DNA of 12,529 nt from a virus (IMGVR_UViG_2671180699_000002), one strand, 5' to 3'; shown: positions 1-5,826, counted from the stretch's first letter. The notes: a model not told the origin generated them from the sequence alone. Numbers and translations: made by a program.

Positions 1-105
1 ATGTTTAAAGCTGTTCTGTTGGGCAATACCCTGCAGTTTCGGGTGATCGCTGAGATATTTCAGGGAAGCTTTGTAGTCTTCCAGCAACAGTTCAGCAAAG
101 TCCAT
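1..105 (-). CDS. 5' end of an unidentified gene running off the left edge (partial)
   Basis: Minus-strand ATG at 105..103 opens a frame ([35 protein letters not shown]...) with no stop over 35 codons to position 1. Same strand and direction as ydfU/rem/hok. The frame is also open upstream into the N run, so the true start is uncertain; no clear SD seen. Confidence 0.35.
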
Positions 106-125
106 TTCGAAGCCGCGACGACACA

Positions 126-135
126 NNNNNNNNNN
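126..135. other. Run of 10 N (assembly gap or masked bases)
   Basis: Literal n characters in the sequence, lying between the ydfU-like stop (136-138) and the next minus-strand gene. Confidence 0.99.
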
Positions 136-1185
136 TTAGGCCAGCACACCAATTGCCAGCGCGTGATCGATAAATCGAAAAATCAGCTCCAGTTGGGAGC
201 CATACTTCTCTTCAAATGCCACGGTATCCGTATGCAGTTCGTCGTGATGCTTTCTGCATAAAGGCAACACAAAAAGATCATGTGCTTTGGTTCCCATTCC
301 GCCCTGCCCGTGACCAATCAGATGATGCGGATCGTCGGCTGGCATACCGCAGCAAGCACACGGCTGTGTCTTCACCCAGCGAGTGTATTTCTCCTTAACC
401 CAGCGGCGACGTTTAGGTAGCTTCATGAAAGATTCCGGAGACTCAGGATCAACGGTGATGCTTACCACCGTCCTTTCCTGTAGTGGGTGTTGTTCCTGGT
501 GGGCGTGAGGCAACAGTGCAAGATTTTTTGTGCGCTGTTTCAATATGCTGGTGGCGGTCTGCTCTCCCGGTACGATGTCGCTTTCGCGGTACATTGAGCG
601 GATTTTTTCCGCTGGTAATCCCAGCGAGCGACGTAATACCGCTTCAGGTAGCGCATCCGCCACCTGATTTCGGACCGCCCACCAGGATAATTCAGCCAGA
701 GATAATTCACGCTCCTGCGTACCGCTTATTGCGTGACCGATGACGTCAATCATCCATGCTGACAGGTTTTGATGAGCAAGTTGCTCGAGTGATTCGGATG
801 TCTGGTCACGCAGCTGGTTGTCGCAGTGCCAGCACAACACCATTGCGCCGGTACCATAACGGTGAATGACGGTTTCACTGTGGTGATAATCGCCGTGTGG
901 CCACTGGCAGGATTTAATATGGCGCAACAGCCAGTCAGACAATGCACCAGCACCACCAGCAGCACGAATCACCCGTGCGTTACTGAAAAACGGCAGCAAT
1001 GTTTTGTCTTCCACCAGCGGCTGGCGAACGGCAGGAACGACCCCGGACGGCAGATTACGCATGCTTTTCGGTTCCGGCTCCACCAGTACCCGGGTATTGT
1101 GGAATACCGGCATGGATTCACGGCCCGGCTTAACGATCACCACCCCGAGTTCCGGTACCAGAACAGGTCGAAGTAATACCCGCAC
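136..1185 (-). CDS. ydfU: YdfU-like prophage protein, 349 aa, with Cys/His-rich C-terminal region (DUF968-type, possible HNH-like nuclease)
   Basis: Long minus-strand ORF with GTG start at 1185..1183 preceded by GGAGG (SD) 4 nt upstream; stop TAA at 138..136. C-terminal CACCG...HH...CRKHH cluster suggests metal binding. The 349-aa length and position beside rem/hok match my recollection of K-12 Qin ydfU (not verified by alignment). Confidence 0.8.
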   Translation of the reverse strand: MRVLLRPVLVPELGVVIVKPGRESMPVFHNTRVLVEPEPKSMRNLPSGVVPAVRQPLVEDKTLLPFFSNARVIRAAGGAGALSDWLLRHIKSCQWPHGDYHHSETVIHRYGTGAMVLCWHCDNQLRDQTSESLEQLAHQNLSAWMIDVIGHAISGTQERELSLAELSWWAVRNQVADALPEAVLRRSLGLPAEKIRSMYRESDIVPGEQTATSILKQRTKNLALLPHAHQEQHPLQERTVVSITVDPESPESFMKLPKRRRWVKEKYTRWVKTQPCACCGMPADDPHHLIGHGQGGMGTKAHDLFVLPLCRKHHDELHTDTVAFEEKYGSQLELIFRFIDHALAIGVLA

Positions 1186-1186
1186 G

Positions 1187-1465
1187 TTACCTCCAGATCC
1201 GTTGCTGGTATGTGCGGGATGAACGCGGTGGGCGTTCGGAGTAAGGGAGTCTGACTGAGATTATCCAGTGACGGTAGTCGAGGCTAAGAGCTTTCTTAAC
1301 CTCGTATCCGCGCCTGCGGTAACACTGAATTATCCATTCCGCCTGCTCTTCAGTGCATGGAGGATGCTGGAACCAGTCTGATTTGAATGCGTGAAAACGC
1401 CGTCCGCACCTACTGGCAAAGACGGCAGAATCATTAGAATTGTGTAATTTGGTATCGTGCGCCAT
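1187..1465 (-). CDS. rem: Rem-like small prophage protein (92 aa from the first ATG downstream of the hok terminator)
   Basis: ATG at 1465..1463; stop TAA at 1189..1187, 1 nt before the ydfU GTG (coupled). The longer six-frame ORF (to 1594) is rejected because an intrinsic terminator lies inside it. Symbol assigned by synteny with Qin (hokD-rem-ydfU); recalled K-12 Rem is 83 aa, so the start or identity is uncertain. SD is weak. Confidence 0.55.
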   Translation of the reverse strand: MAHDTKLHNSNDSAVFASRCGRRFHAFKSDWFQHPPCTEEQAEWIIQCYRRRGYEVKKALSLDYRHWIISVRLPYSERPPRSSRTYQQRIWR

Positions 1466-1536
1466 CGGTTGTCTCTGCTGGCGCAGCAGGTGCCAGTTGT
1501 TCAGGCTGGCGTGCGAATTGTAAACCAGAATGCCAG

Positions 1537-1564
1537 GAAAAAACAAAACCCGCCGAAGCGGGTT
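1537..1564 (-). terminator. Rho-independent terminator of the hok transcript
   Basis: On the minus strand AACCCGC-TTCG-GCGGGTT (7-bp stem, tetraloop) is followed directly by TTTTGTTTTTT. It lies about 70 nt downstream of the hok stop. Confidence 0.8.
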
Positions 1565-1632
1565 ACGTGCGGGTGCGTTGAGGATGCCTGACACATCAGA
1601 GGTGGCGAGGGATTTCTCCCCCGCCAGGTCTC

Positions 1633-1788
1633 TTACTCCTCAGGTTCGTAAGCTGTGAAGACAGCGACCTCCGTCTGGCCGGTTCGGATTCGTACCTCGC
1701 AGAGGTCTTTCCTCGTTACCAGTGCCGTCACTATGACGGTTAAACAGATGACGATCAGGGCGATTAACATCGCCTTTTGCTGCTTCAT
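1633..1788 (-). CDS. hokD: Hok-family type I toxin (small membrane-depolarising peptide), 51 aa
   Basis: Hand translation of the minus strand gives MKQQKAMLIALIVICLTVIVTALVTRKDLCEVRIRTGQTEVAVFTAYEPEE, which matches my recollection of E. coli HokD/RelF. ATG at 1788..1786, TAA at 1635..1633, SD AAGGAG about 10 nt upstream. The ORF is under 60 aa and so absent from the supplied track. Confidence 0.93.
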   Translation of the reverse strand: MKQQKAMLIALIVICLTVIVTALVTRKDLCEVRIRTGQTEVAVFTAYEPEE

Positions 1789-2046
1789 AGCCTGCTTCTC
1801 CTTGACCTTTCGGTCCGTAAGAGGCTAATCTCTATGTGTCGCATAGATATGGCCTCAGATTAATGTTAAGCGTCTTGCAGGACGCGTAATGTTAACTGGG
1901 GCTTTTCTCTATCTGCCTTTTGGTGTTCATGCCTGAGACAGATAGCCTCAAGCACCCGCAGTCATTCTACTTAACTAAGATTTCCCCGCAAACCGTTTTT
2001 GTCCGGCACAGTAAATATCCAACTAAACCAATGGCGTTCGCTGTAT
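1789..2046 (-). promoter_or_regulatory. hok mRNA leader region (about 260 nt) with a coupled upstream ORF and a long hairpin
   Basis: Non-coding stretch between the stop of the 59-aa membrane gene and the hok ATG. Contains a 19-codon uORF (1844..1785) whose TGA overlaps the hok ATG (ATGA), and an imperfect hairpin at 1821-1856 that covers the uORF start codon. Confidence 0.5.
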
Positions 2047-2226
2047 TTACCGCCAGTATTCAATGCACATGACCGCCATGAACACCCCTAAAAAAAGGGC
2101 ATTTATATATCCAAATATTAATATCAAAACATCAACTTTTTCCATATACCTTGCTGTGAAGATGATGGGCATACATGATACGAACAACCAGAACGCAACA
2201 AACAAAAACTGCAATGCGTTTTTCAT
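2047..2226 (-). CDS. Small hydrophobic membrane protein, 59 aa, two predicted TM helices
   Basis: ATG at 2226..2224 with AGGAGG 5 nt upstream; MKNALQFLFVAFWLFVSCMPIIFTARYMEKVDVLILIFGYINALFLGVFMAVMCIEYWR; stop TAA at 2049..2047. The longer 72-aa track ORF has no SD at its first start. Confidence 0.6.
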   Translation of the reverse strand: MKNALQFLFVAFWLFVSCMPIIFTARYMEKVDVLILIFGYINALFLGVFMAVMCIEYWR

Positions 2227-2455
2227 TATTCCTCCTACAATCAATGTGCAATTACATTTAAACACACCTCAATTTGGCCGGACATATAAATATCTAAACC
2301 AGAAAAAATCACTTACATAGCGTTACAAACTCTTTAGTCTAAATATTCATCGTAAAACATTCCCCATACTTATCAGCCCGTTCTGCGCCAGGTAGCTCAT
2401 TGCCTTATCTGGGAATCTGTAATCAGGTTTCCGGATGCTGGTGGATTTTCGCGTT

Positions 2456-2713
2456 TTAGTTGTTCATAAAAGTGCACAGCTTTAACCAGTTCTTCTGATG
2501 TAACCGGGACTGGCGGGGCAGTGAATAAGGCCTGAATTTCATAGTTCGGCCTGTCGTTACAATCCTCTTTTTTCGGTACATATTTCCAGTCACCAGACCA
2601 CTACTTCCCCTGAAAGTCCGTAACGCCTTTTTTTTCACGTAGCGATATCGCCATGCCACTGTTTTTGCTTGCCCCGCCGTTTCATGCCCTTCCTGATAAT
2701 TAACCTCGCTCAT
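2456..2713 (-). CDS. Possible small, very basic protein, 85 aa
   Basis: ATG at 2713..2711 overlaps the TGA of the upstream 58-aa ORF (ATGA). K/R-rich product. Contains several rare AGG/CGA codons and an A8 run, so it may not be a real gene. Confidence 0.25.
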   Translation of the reverse strand: MSEVNYQEGHETAGQAKTVAWRYRYVKKKALRTFRGSSGLVTGNMYRKKRIVTTGRTMKFRPYSLPRQSRLHQKNWLKLCTFMNN

Positions 2714-2886
2714 TCATCGCCCCACTCATCACAATATGCTTCGACCGGAGTTTTTCCTGCTTCATAATCATCACGCCATGCTTCAGCATCAGCAGCACTG
2801 CCACCACGTAACTCTGCATAGTCCATTAACAGTTCATGCCATTCTTCAAAACTGACGTTGTATTTAGTTGAACCAAAATCAGCCAT
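2710..2886 (-). CDS. Small acidic protein, 58 aa (MADFGSTKYNVSFEEWHELLMDYAELRGGSAADAEAWRDDYEAGKTPVEAYCDEWGDE)
   Basis: Hand-translated. ATG at 2886..2884 with GAGGAAG SD 7-8 nt upstream; overlaps the stop of the 60-aa ORF by 8 nt; E. coli-like codon usage. Below the track's 60-aa cutoff. Confidence 0.5.
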   Translation of the reverse strand: MADFGSTKYNVSFEEWHELLMDYAELRGGSAADAEAWRDDYEAGKTPVEAYCDEWGDE

Positions 2887-3061
2887 TTTGTTCTTCCTCT
2901 TCGTCTTTTATTTCGTGATATGAGTAATTGCAGTAGTTAAAGAAAATATCTTTTGCTTCGTCATGTATTTCATCAGGCGTCGCATCATCATCCACTTCGA
3001 ATTCATCCTCGAAATCTCCACCGGCTATTCCCGTTTCAATAATTATTTTAAACTTTCGCAT
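2879..3061 (-). CDS. Small, strongly acidic protein, 60 aa (about one third D/E)
   Basis: ATG at 3061..3059; stop TGA at 2881..2879. Upstream on the mRNA: AGGAGG, then a 6-bp GC hairpin, then 8 nt, then ATG. Confidence 0.6.
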   Translation of the reverse strand: MRKFKIIIETGIAGGDFEDEFEVDDDATPDEIHDEAKDIFFNYCNYSYHEIKDEEEEQNG

Positions 3062-3068
3062 TTAACTA

Positions 3069-3084
3069 CCGCCCTTTCGGGCGG
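3069..3084 (-). other. GC-rich stem-loop (CCGCCC-TTTC-GGGCGG) between an SD-like AGGAGG and the start codon of the 60-aa gene
   Basis: Perfect 6-bp inverted repeat with a 4-nt loop. Not followed by a T-tract on either strand, so it is not a canonical intrinsic terminator. Confidence 0.6.
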
Positions 3085-3154
3085 CCTCCTGATGTTCTGA
3101 GGGTGCAGAAATCCCTCCGGTTAAGGATTAAATTTTTAACAGAGCTAAATTTAA

Positions 3155-3511
3155 TTATTCAGTTCTGGATTTTGTCGCCCTGCGTATCCGCGCTTTCGCG
3201 TTACGCTCAATCTGAATTAGCTTTTCTATATTTTTTCGCCTTTCCCGCTCCTCCTGACGCAAGAGCCTTACATCATCTGCCAGTCTGGTTTCTCTTTTCG
3301 CCACAGAGAGCATCCAGTCAAATGGCTCCACAACTGCACCGCAGATTTTACAGCGGACCTGACGCTCTTTTTCGTCAACCCGGACAGAGGCGTGATGACA
3401 ATATGGTCTTTCCGATGGCTCATAAAGAAAATTAACCTGATTACGAGGGTCATCCTCTTTTACCGGAAATAAAACGATATTGCTTAACTCATCCTCTGGT
3501 TTTATTTCCAT
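3155..3511 (-). CDS. Hypothetical protein, 118 aa, with Zn-ribbon-like Cys/His motif and basic coiled-coil C-terminus
   Basis: ATG at 3511..3509 preceded by AAGGAGAGGAG. An alternative GTG start at 3568 (137 aa) also has an AGGAGG about 11 nt upstream. Motif YCHH...CKICG; C-terminal R/E/K-rich helix. Confidence 0.65.
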   Translation of the reverse strand: MEIKPEDELSNIVLFPVKEDDPRNQVNFLYEPSERPYCHHASVRVDEKERQVRCKICGAVVEPFDWMLSVAKRETRLADDVRLLRQEERERRKNIEKLIQIERNAKARIRRATKSRTE

Positions 3512-3568
3512 GCTCCTCTCCTTTGATGCGAATGCCAGCGGTAATTGAAGCCTGATAGCTAATTTCAC

Positions 3569-3991
3569 TCACAGTACCGCCTCCTGAAAATTACCCTGAT
3601 AGAAAGCCAGTACACGCTGCATAGCTTCACTCTTCCGGCACTCGCGACAGATTATGTTTAGGCGACTGTCGTAGCGACGTATTTCTCCGTCAGGTGATGA
3701 CCAGATAAGGTCCGGATCAACCACAGCAGGTTTCTTCACCTTTGCCCTCGAGAGTTTTTTGCGGGCGTTTTGCCAGTCCTTACGCGCCTGTTCAGAGGGG
3801 AATAACCCGTAGCCGGAGTTGTATACATCGCCGCTGGCAACCAGCTCTCTTGCGAGAACGCTCATCAGATATCTTGTCGCACCTGTCTTGACTTCCAGTT
3901 GCCGTAACGTCTCACGCCCACTCTGGCGTACGAGTTCAACAACCTGCCCTTTAATTTTTTCTCGCTCTTCTTGTGTAAAAACTTTTGCCAC
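3569..3991 (-). CDS. Hypothetical protein, 140 aa, with probable N-terminal winged-helix/HTH DNA-binding region
   Basis: GTG start at 3991..3989 with AGGAGGG 4-5 nt upstream; stop TGA at 3571..3569. Sits immediately downstream of the O-like gene, where a helicase loader is normally found, but is too short and has no Walker motif. Confidence 0.7.
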   Translation of the reverse strand: MAKVFTQEEREKIKGQVVELVRQSGRETLRQLEVKTGATRYLMSVLARELVASGDVYNSGYGLFPSEQARKDWQNARKKLSRAKVKKPAVVDPDLIWSSPDGEIRRYDSRLNIICRECRKSEAMQRVLAFYQGNFQEAVL

Positions 3992-4031
3992 AAGCCCTCC
4001 TGAAAATTACCTCATGACCAGAAATCAACAC

Positions 4032-5102
4032 TTACCCCCTGAAGCCCGGTGGAATTTCGGTATCCGGTTCAGAAATATGATTCACACAACGCTGGTTGTT
4101 CGTGCCGCTTACCGGGAGCAACCAGGGGTTCTCAAAATTCCGGTCCGGTCCAAAAAACGTCGTCGCTCGCTGAACAAATTCCGTTCCCGTTTTCCCGGTA
4201 GCCGCCAAGTATCTTGCGTAACGCCTCACGCCATCCAGCATGGCCTCTGGTGGCACCCCCTCGCGTAATCTGGCCTTCCAGGCACTGAAAGCGGATTTCT
4301 TCGGGTTTGCTCCGGCACGCAACGGGTACTCCCGCCAGACCTGTTCGAACACATCCGGATAATCCACTCGTCCCACAGACAGCCCGGTGTTTTCCGGGAC
4401 TACCCGATCGGCTTCCCGCTGAATGGCGGAATCGGCTTCAGGCTGCTGCAGTTGGTGTGATTGCTCCGGCCTTGGGGTCATCACCTGCTGCACAGCGCCC
4501 GAATCGGCTTTCAGCGCATACGCTGAATCGGCTTCCGGTGTCGTGCCTGCTGGCTGACCAGGATTGACGGTCTGAACATCCCCTGCCTGGTTCGTGGCGT
4601 TTTTTACGCCATGGACCATAGTGTTTTGATCTTCTTGATCTGTATCTTTATCTGTATCTTTATCTGTCGTGACTCGTCGTGACATGTGCGTGACATTTCG
4701 TGACGCGCCGTGACAATCGCCATTTTGTTCCCGCTTTCTTTCCCTCTCTCGCTGCGCCCTCTTGCGCTCTGCCGGAGATTTTGCGGTTTGCGAAATATTG
4801 CCGTTGTCCTCTTTCAGCACCTGGCGTTTTTCCCATCCAGTGATTAAATCACCATCAAGTACCCGCCCCTGCATCGTCTGCAAAATTGAATCAATTACCT
4901 CTTCTGTCACGTCGAGCGCACTTGCCAAATCTTCTGTCGTGACATCAATGTGACCTCGCGTGACATTTCGTGACGCGCTCACCAGGAGGTGGATATACAC
5001 TGCCATCACTGTTGCAATTGGCTGCCCTGACACCCTGGCAATTGTTCGCCACTTAGGGTCATTTGGCATGTCATGCCATAATCTGAGCCAGGCGTTAGCC
5101 AT
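4032..5102 (-). CDS. Phage replication initiation protein (lambda O-like replisome organiser) containing the probable origin
   Basis: ATG at 5102..5100 with GAGGTGAGT SD (the track ORF starts 2 codons earlier at a GTG). Position after cro/cII; iteron-like CGTGAC repeats and an AT-rich tandem repeat lie inside the coding sequence; acidic, repetitive mid-protein linker (DKDTDKDTD). Confidence 0.85.
   Translation of the reverse strand: MANAWLRLWHDMPNDPKWRTIARVSGQPIATVMAVYIHLLVSASRNVTRGHIDVTTEDLASALDVTEEVIDSILQTMQGRVLDGDLITGWEKRQVLKEDNGNISQTAKSPAERKRAQRERERKREQNGDCHGASRNVTHMSRRVTTDKDTDKDTDQEDQNTMVHGVKNATNQAGDVQTVNPGQPAGTTPEADSAYALKADSGAVQQVMTPRPEQSHQLQQPEADSAIQREADRVVPENTGLSVGRVDYPDVFEQVWREYPLRAGANPKKSAFSAWKARLREGVPPEAMLDGVRRYARYLAATGKTGTEFVQRATTFFGPDRNFENPWLLPVSGTNNQRCVNHISEPDTEIPPGFRG
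4637..4672. repeat. AT-rich tandem repeat, 12-bp unit ATCTGTATCTTT (2 full copies plus a partial third) inside the O-like gene
   Basis: Direct inspection of 4637-4672; encodes the DKDTDKDTD linker; immediately adjacent to iteron cluster A. Confidence 0.85.
4668..4714. repeat. Iteron cluster A: five direct CGTGAC repeats spaced 10-11 bp (candidate ori)
   Basis: CGTGAC begins at 4668, 4678, 4689, 4699 and 4709. One-helical-turn phasing inside the initiator gene, as in lambda ori. Confidence 0.75.
4938..4978. repeat. Iteron cluster B: four (C/T)GTGAC repeats spaced 10-11 bp, including a 21-bp exact copy of part of cluster A
   Basis: Repeats begin at 4938, 4949, 4959 and 4969. GCGTGACATTTCGTGACGCGC is identical at 4688-4708 and 4958-4978. 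Confidence 0.7.
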
Positions 5103-5173
5103 ACTCACCTCTTCTGATACCGAATCTTTTTACTCACGAGTTGCCGGAAGCGATTCGATATGGCTATTGTCAG

Positions 5174-5599
5174 TCAATGTACTGCCACAGCATTTCCTGC
5201 CGGGCCACCACGGTTCATCTGATTGAAACCGGCGATTGCCACTGCGACAAAATCATCAGCGTCTCTCACCAGTCGCTCCCGCGTCTCCACCAGCTCCCGA
5301 AAATAAGCTGAACTGTGGCTGCGCATTCTGGCCACCAGCAAAGGTGGCATTGCCTTTTCGATCGCTGGTAACAACGCCTGAATTTTTTCAACTGCATCAG
5401 GGGTGTCTTTCTCTACCCAGCGGAAAATTTTCTGGGTATTGCGAGCCAGGGCTTCCGGATGGCTGTCGTCATACAGTTCCGGGAACGTCATTCCCAGCTC
5501 GAAATACGCTTTGGTAATTTTCGCAGCCGGTACTTTTTCGCCGTCCGGATGCGCCCAGGCATTCATCGCCATGCGGATGTGTTCATGCTTGATTTTCAT
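5174..5599 (-). CDS. CII-like / YdaT-family regulatory protein, 141 aa
   Basis: ATG at 5599..5597 overlaps the TGA of the cro-like gene (ATGA). N-terminus MKIKHEHI resembles my recollection of Rac YdaT, recalled as a functional CII analogue. Position cro - cII-like - O-like. Confidence 0.75.
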   Translation of the reverse strand: MKIKHEHIRMAMNAWAHPDGEKVPAAKITKAYFELGMTFPELYDDSHPEALARNTQKIFRWVEKDTPDAVEKIQALLPAIEKAMPPLLVARMRSHSSAYFRELVETRERLVRDADDFVAVAIAGFNQMNRGGPAGNAVAVH

Positions 5600-5826
5600 G
5601 AATCCCCCCCTTGGTTAGAAGGCGGATTATGATCAGAACCGGGAATGACAACCGTCGGTATGTGTAACTCATATTTGAGCGCCCCGGCAGTGACTGCCTG
5701 AATTAGCAACGCCCATTTCCACGGAACCTCTTCCCCCCACATGCTGACTGTGGTTTTTGACGTTCCTAGAGCTGCGGCTGTTTTAACAACTCCGCCAAAA
5801 TAGCCTAATACTTCTGATTTTTTCAT
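5596..5826 (-). CDS. Cro-like HTH repressor (DicC/YdaS family), 76 aa from ATG 5826
   Basis: Divergent from the CI-like gene. GGAG precedes ATG 5826; an alternative ATG at 5838 would add MERL. The pattern resembles DicC as I recall it, but is not identical. Confidence 0.8.
   Translation of the reverse strand: MKKSEVLGYFGGVVKTAAALGTSKTTVSMWGEEVPWKWALLIQAVTAGALKYELHIPTVVIPGSDHNPPSNQGGDS

Noticed and set aside
1-261. Plus-strand 86-aa ORF at the left edge
   Set aside because: It runs through the N gap, is antisense to the ydfU-like 3' end and has no SD; the minus-strand partial frame is more consistent with operon direction.
216-1222. Several 60-116-aa ORFs on both strands inside the ydfU-like gene (216-398, 483-743, 750-965, 826-1176, 1004-1222)
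   Set aside because: They overlap or lie antisense to a long, well-supported CDS and lack SDs; typical shadow ORFs.
1187-1594. Full 135-aa minus-strand ORF as the rem-like gene
   Set aside because: Its first 43 codons span the hok intrinsic terminator (1537-1564) and it starts at a GTG with no SD; the gene was trimmed to the ATG at 1465.
2063-2320. Plus-strand 85-aa ORF opposite the small membrane-protein gene
   Set aside because: Antisense shadow of an SD-supported minus gene; low-complexity N/K/T-rich product.
3069-3084. GC hairpin as a rho-independent terminator
   Set aside because: No U-tract follows on either strand; its position between an SD and a start codon argues for a translational role.
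3103-4268. Plus-strand ORFs 3103-3435 and 3819-4268, and minus-strand ORF 3268-3453
   Set aside because: They overlap the 118-aa, 140-aa and O-like genes antisense or out of frame; Arg/Ser/Pro-rich products; no SDs.
4637-4978. Repeat clusters as a CRISPR array or transposon inverted repeats
   Set aside because: The units are 6-12 bp with 10-11-bp phasing inside a coding sequence, not 25-40-bp repeats with unique spacers, and no cas or transposase genes are present. Iterons fit better.
4307-5618. Plus-strand ORFs inside the O-like and CII-like genes (4307-4567, 4762-4953, 4960-5226, 5236-5517, 5403-5618)
   Set aside because: Antisense shadows within GC-rich coding sequence.
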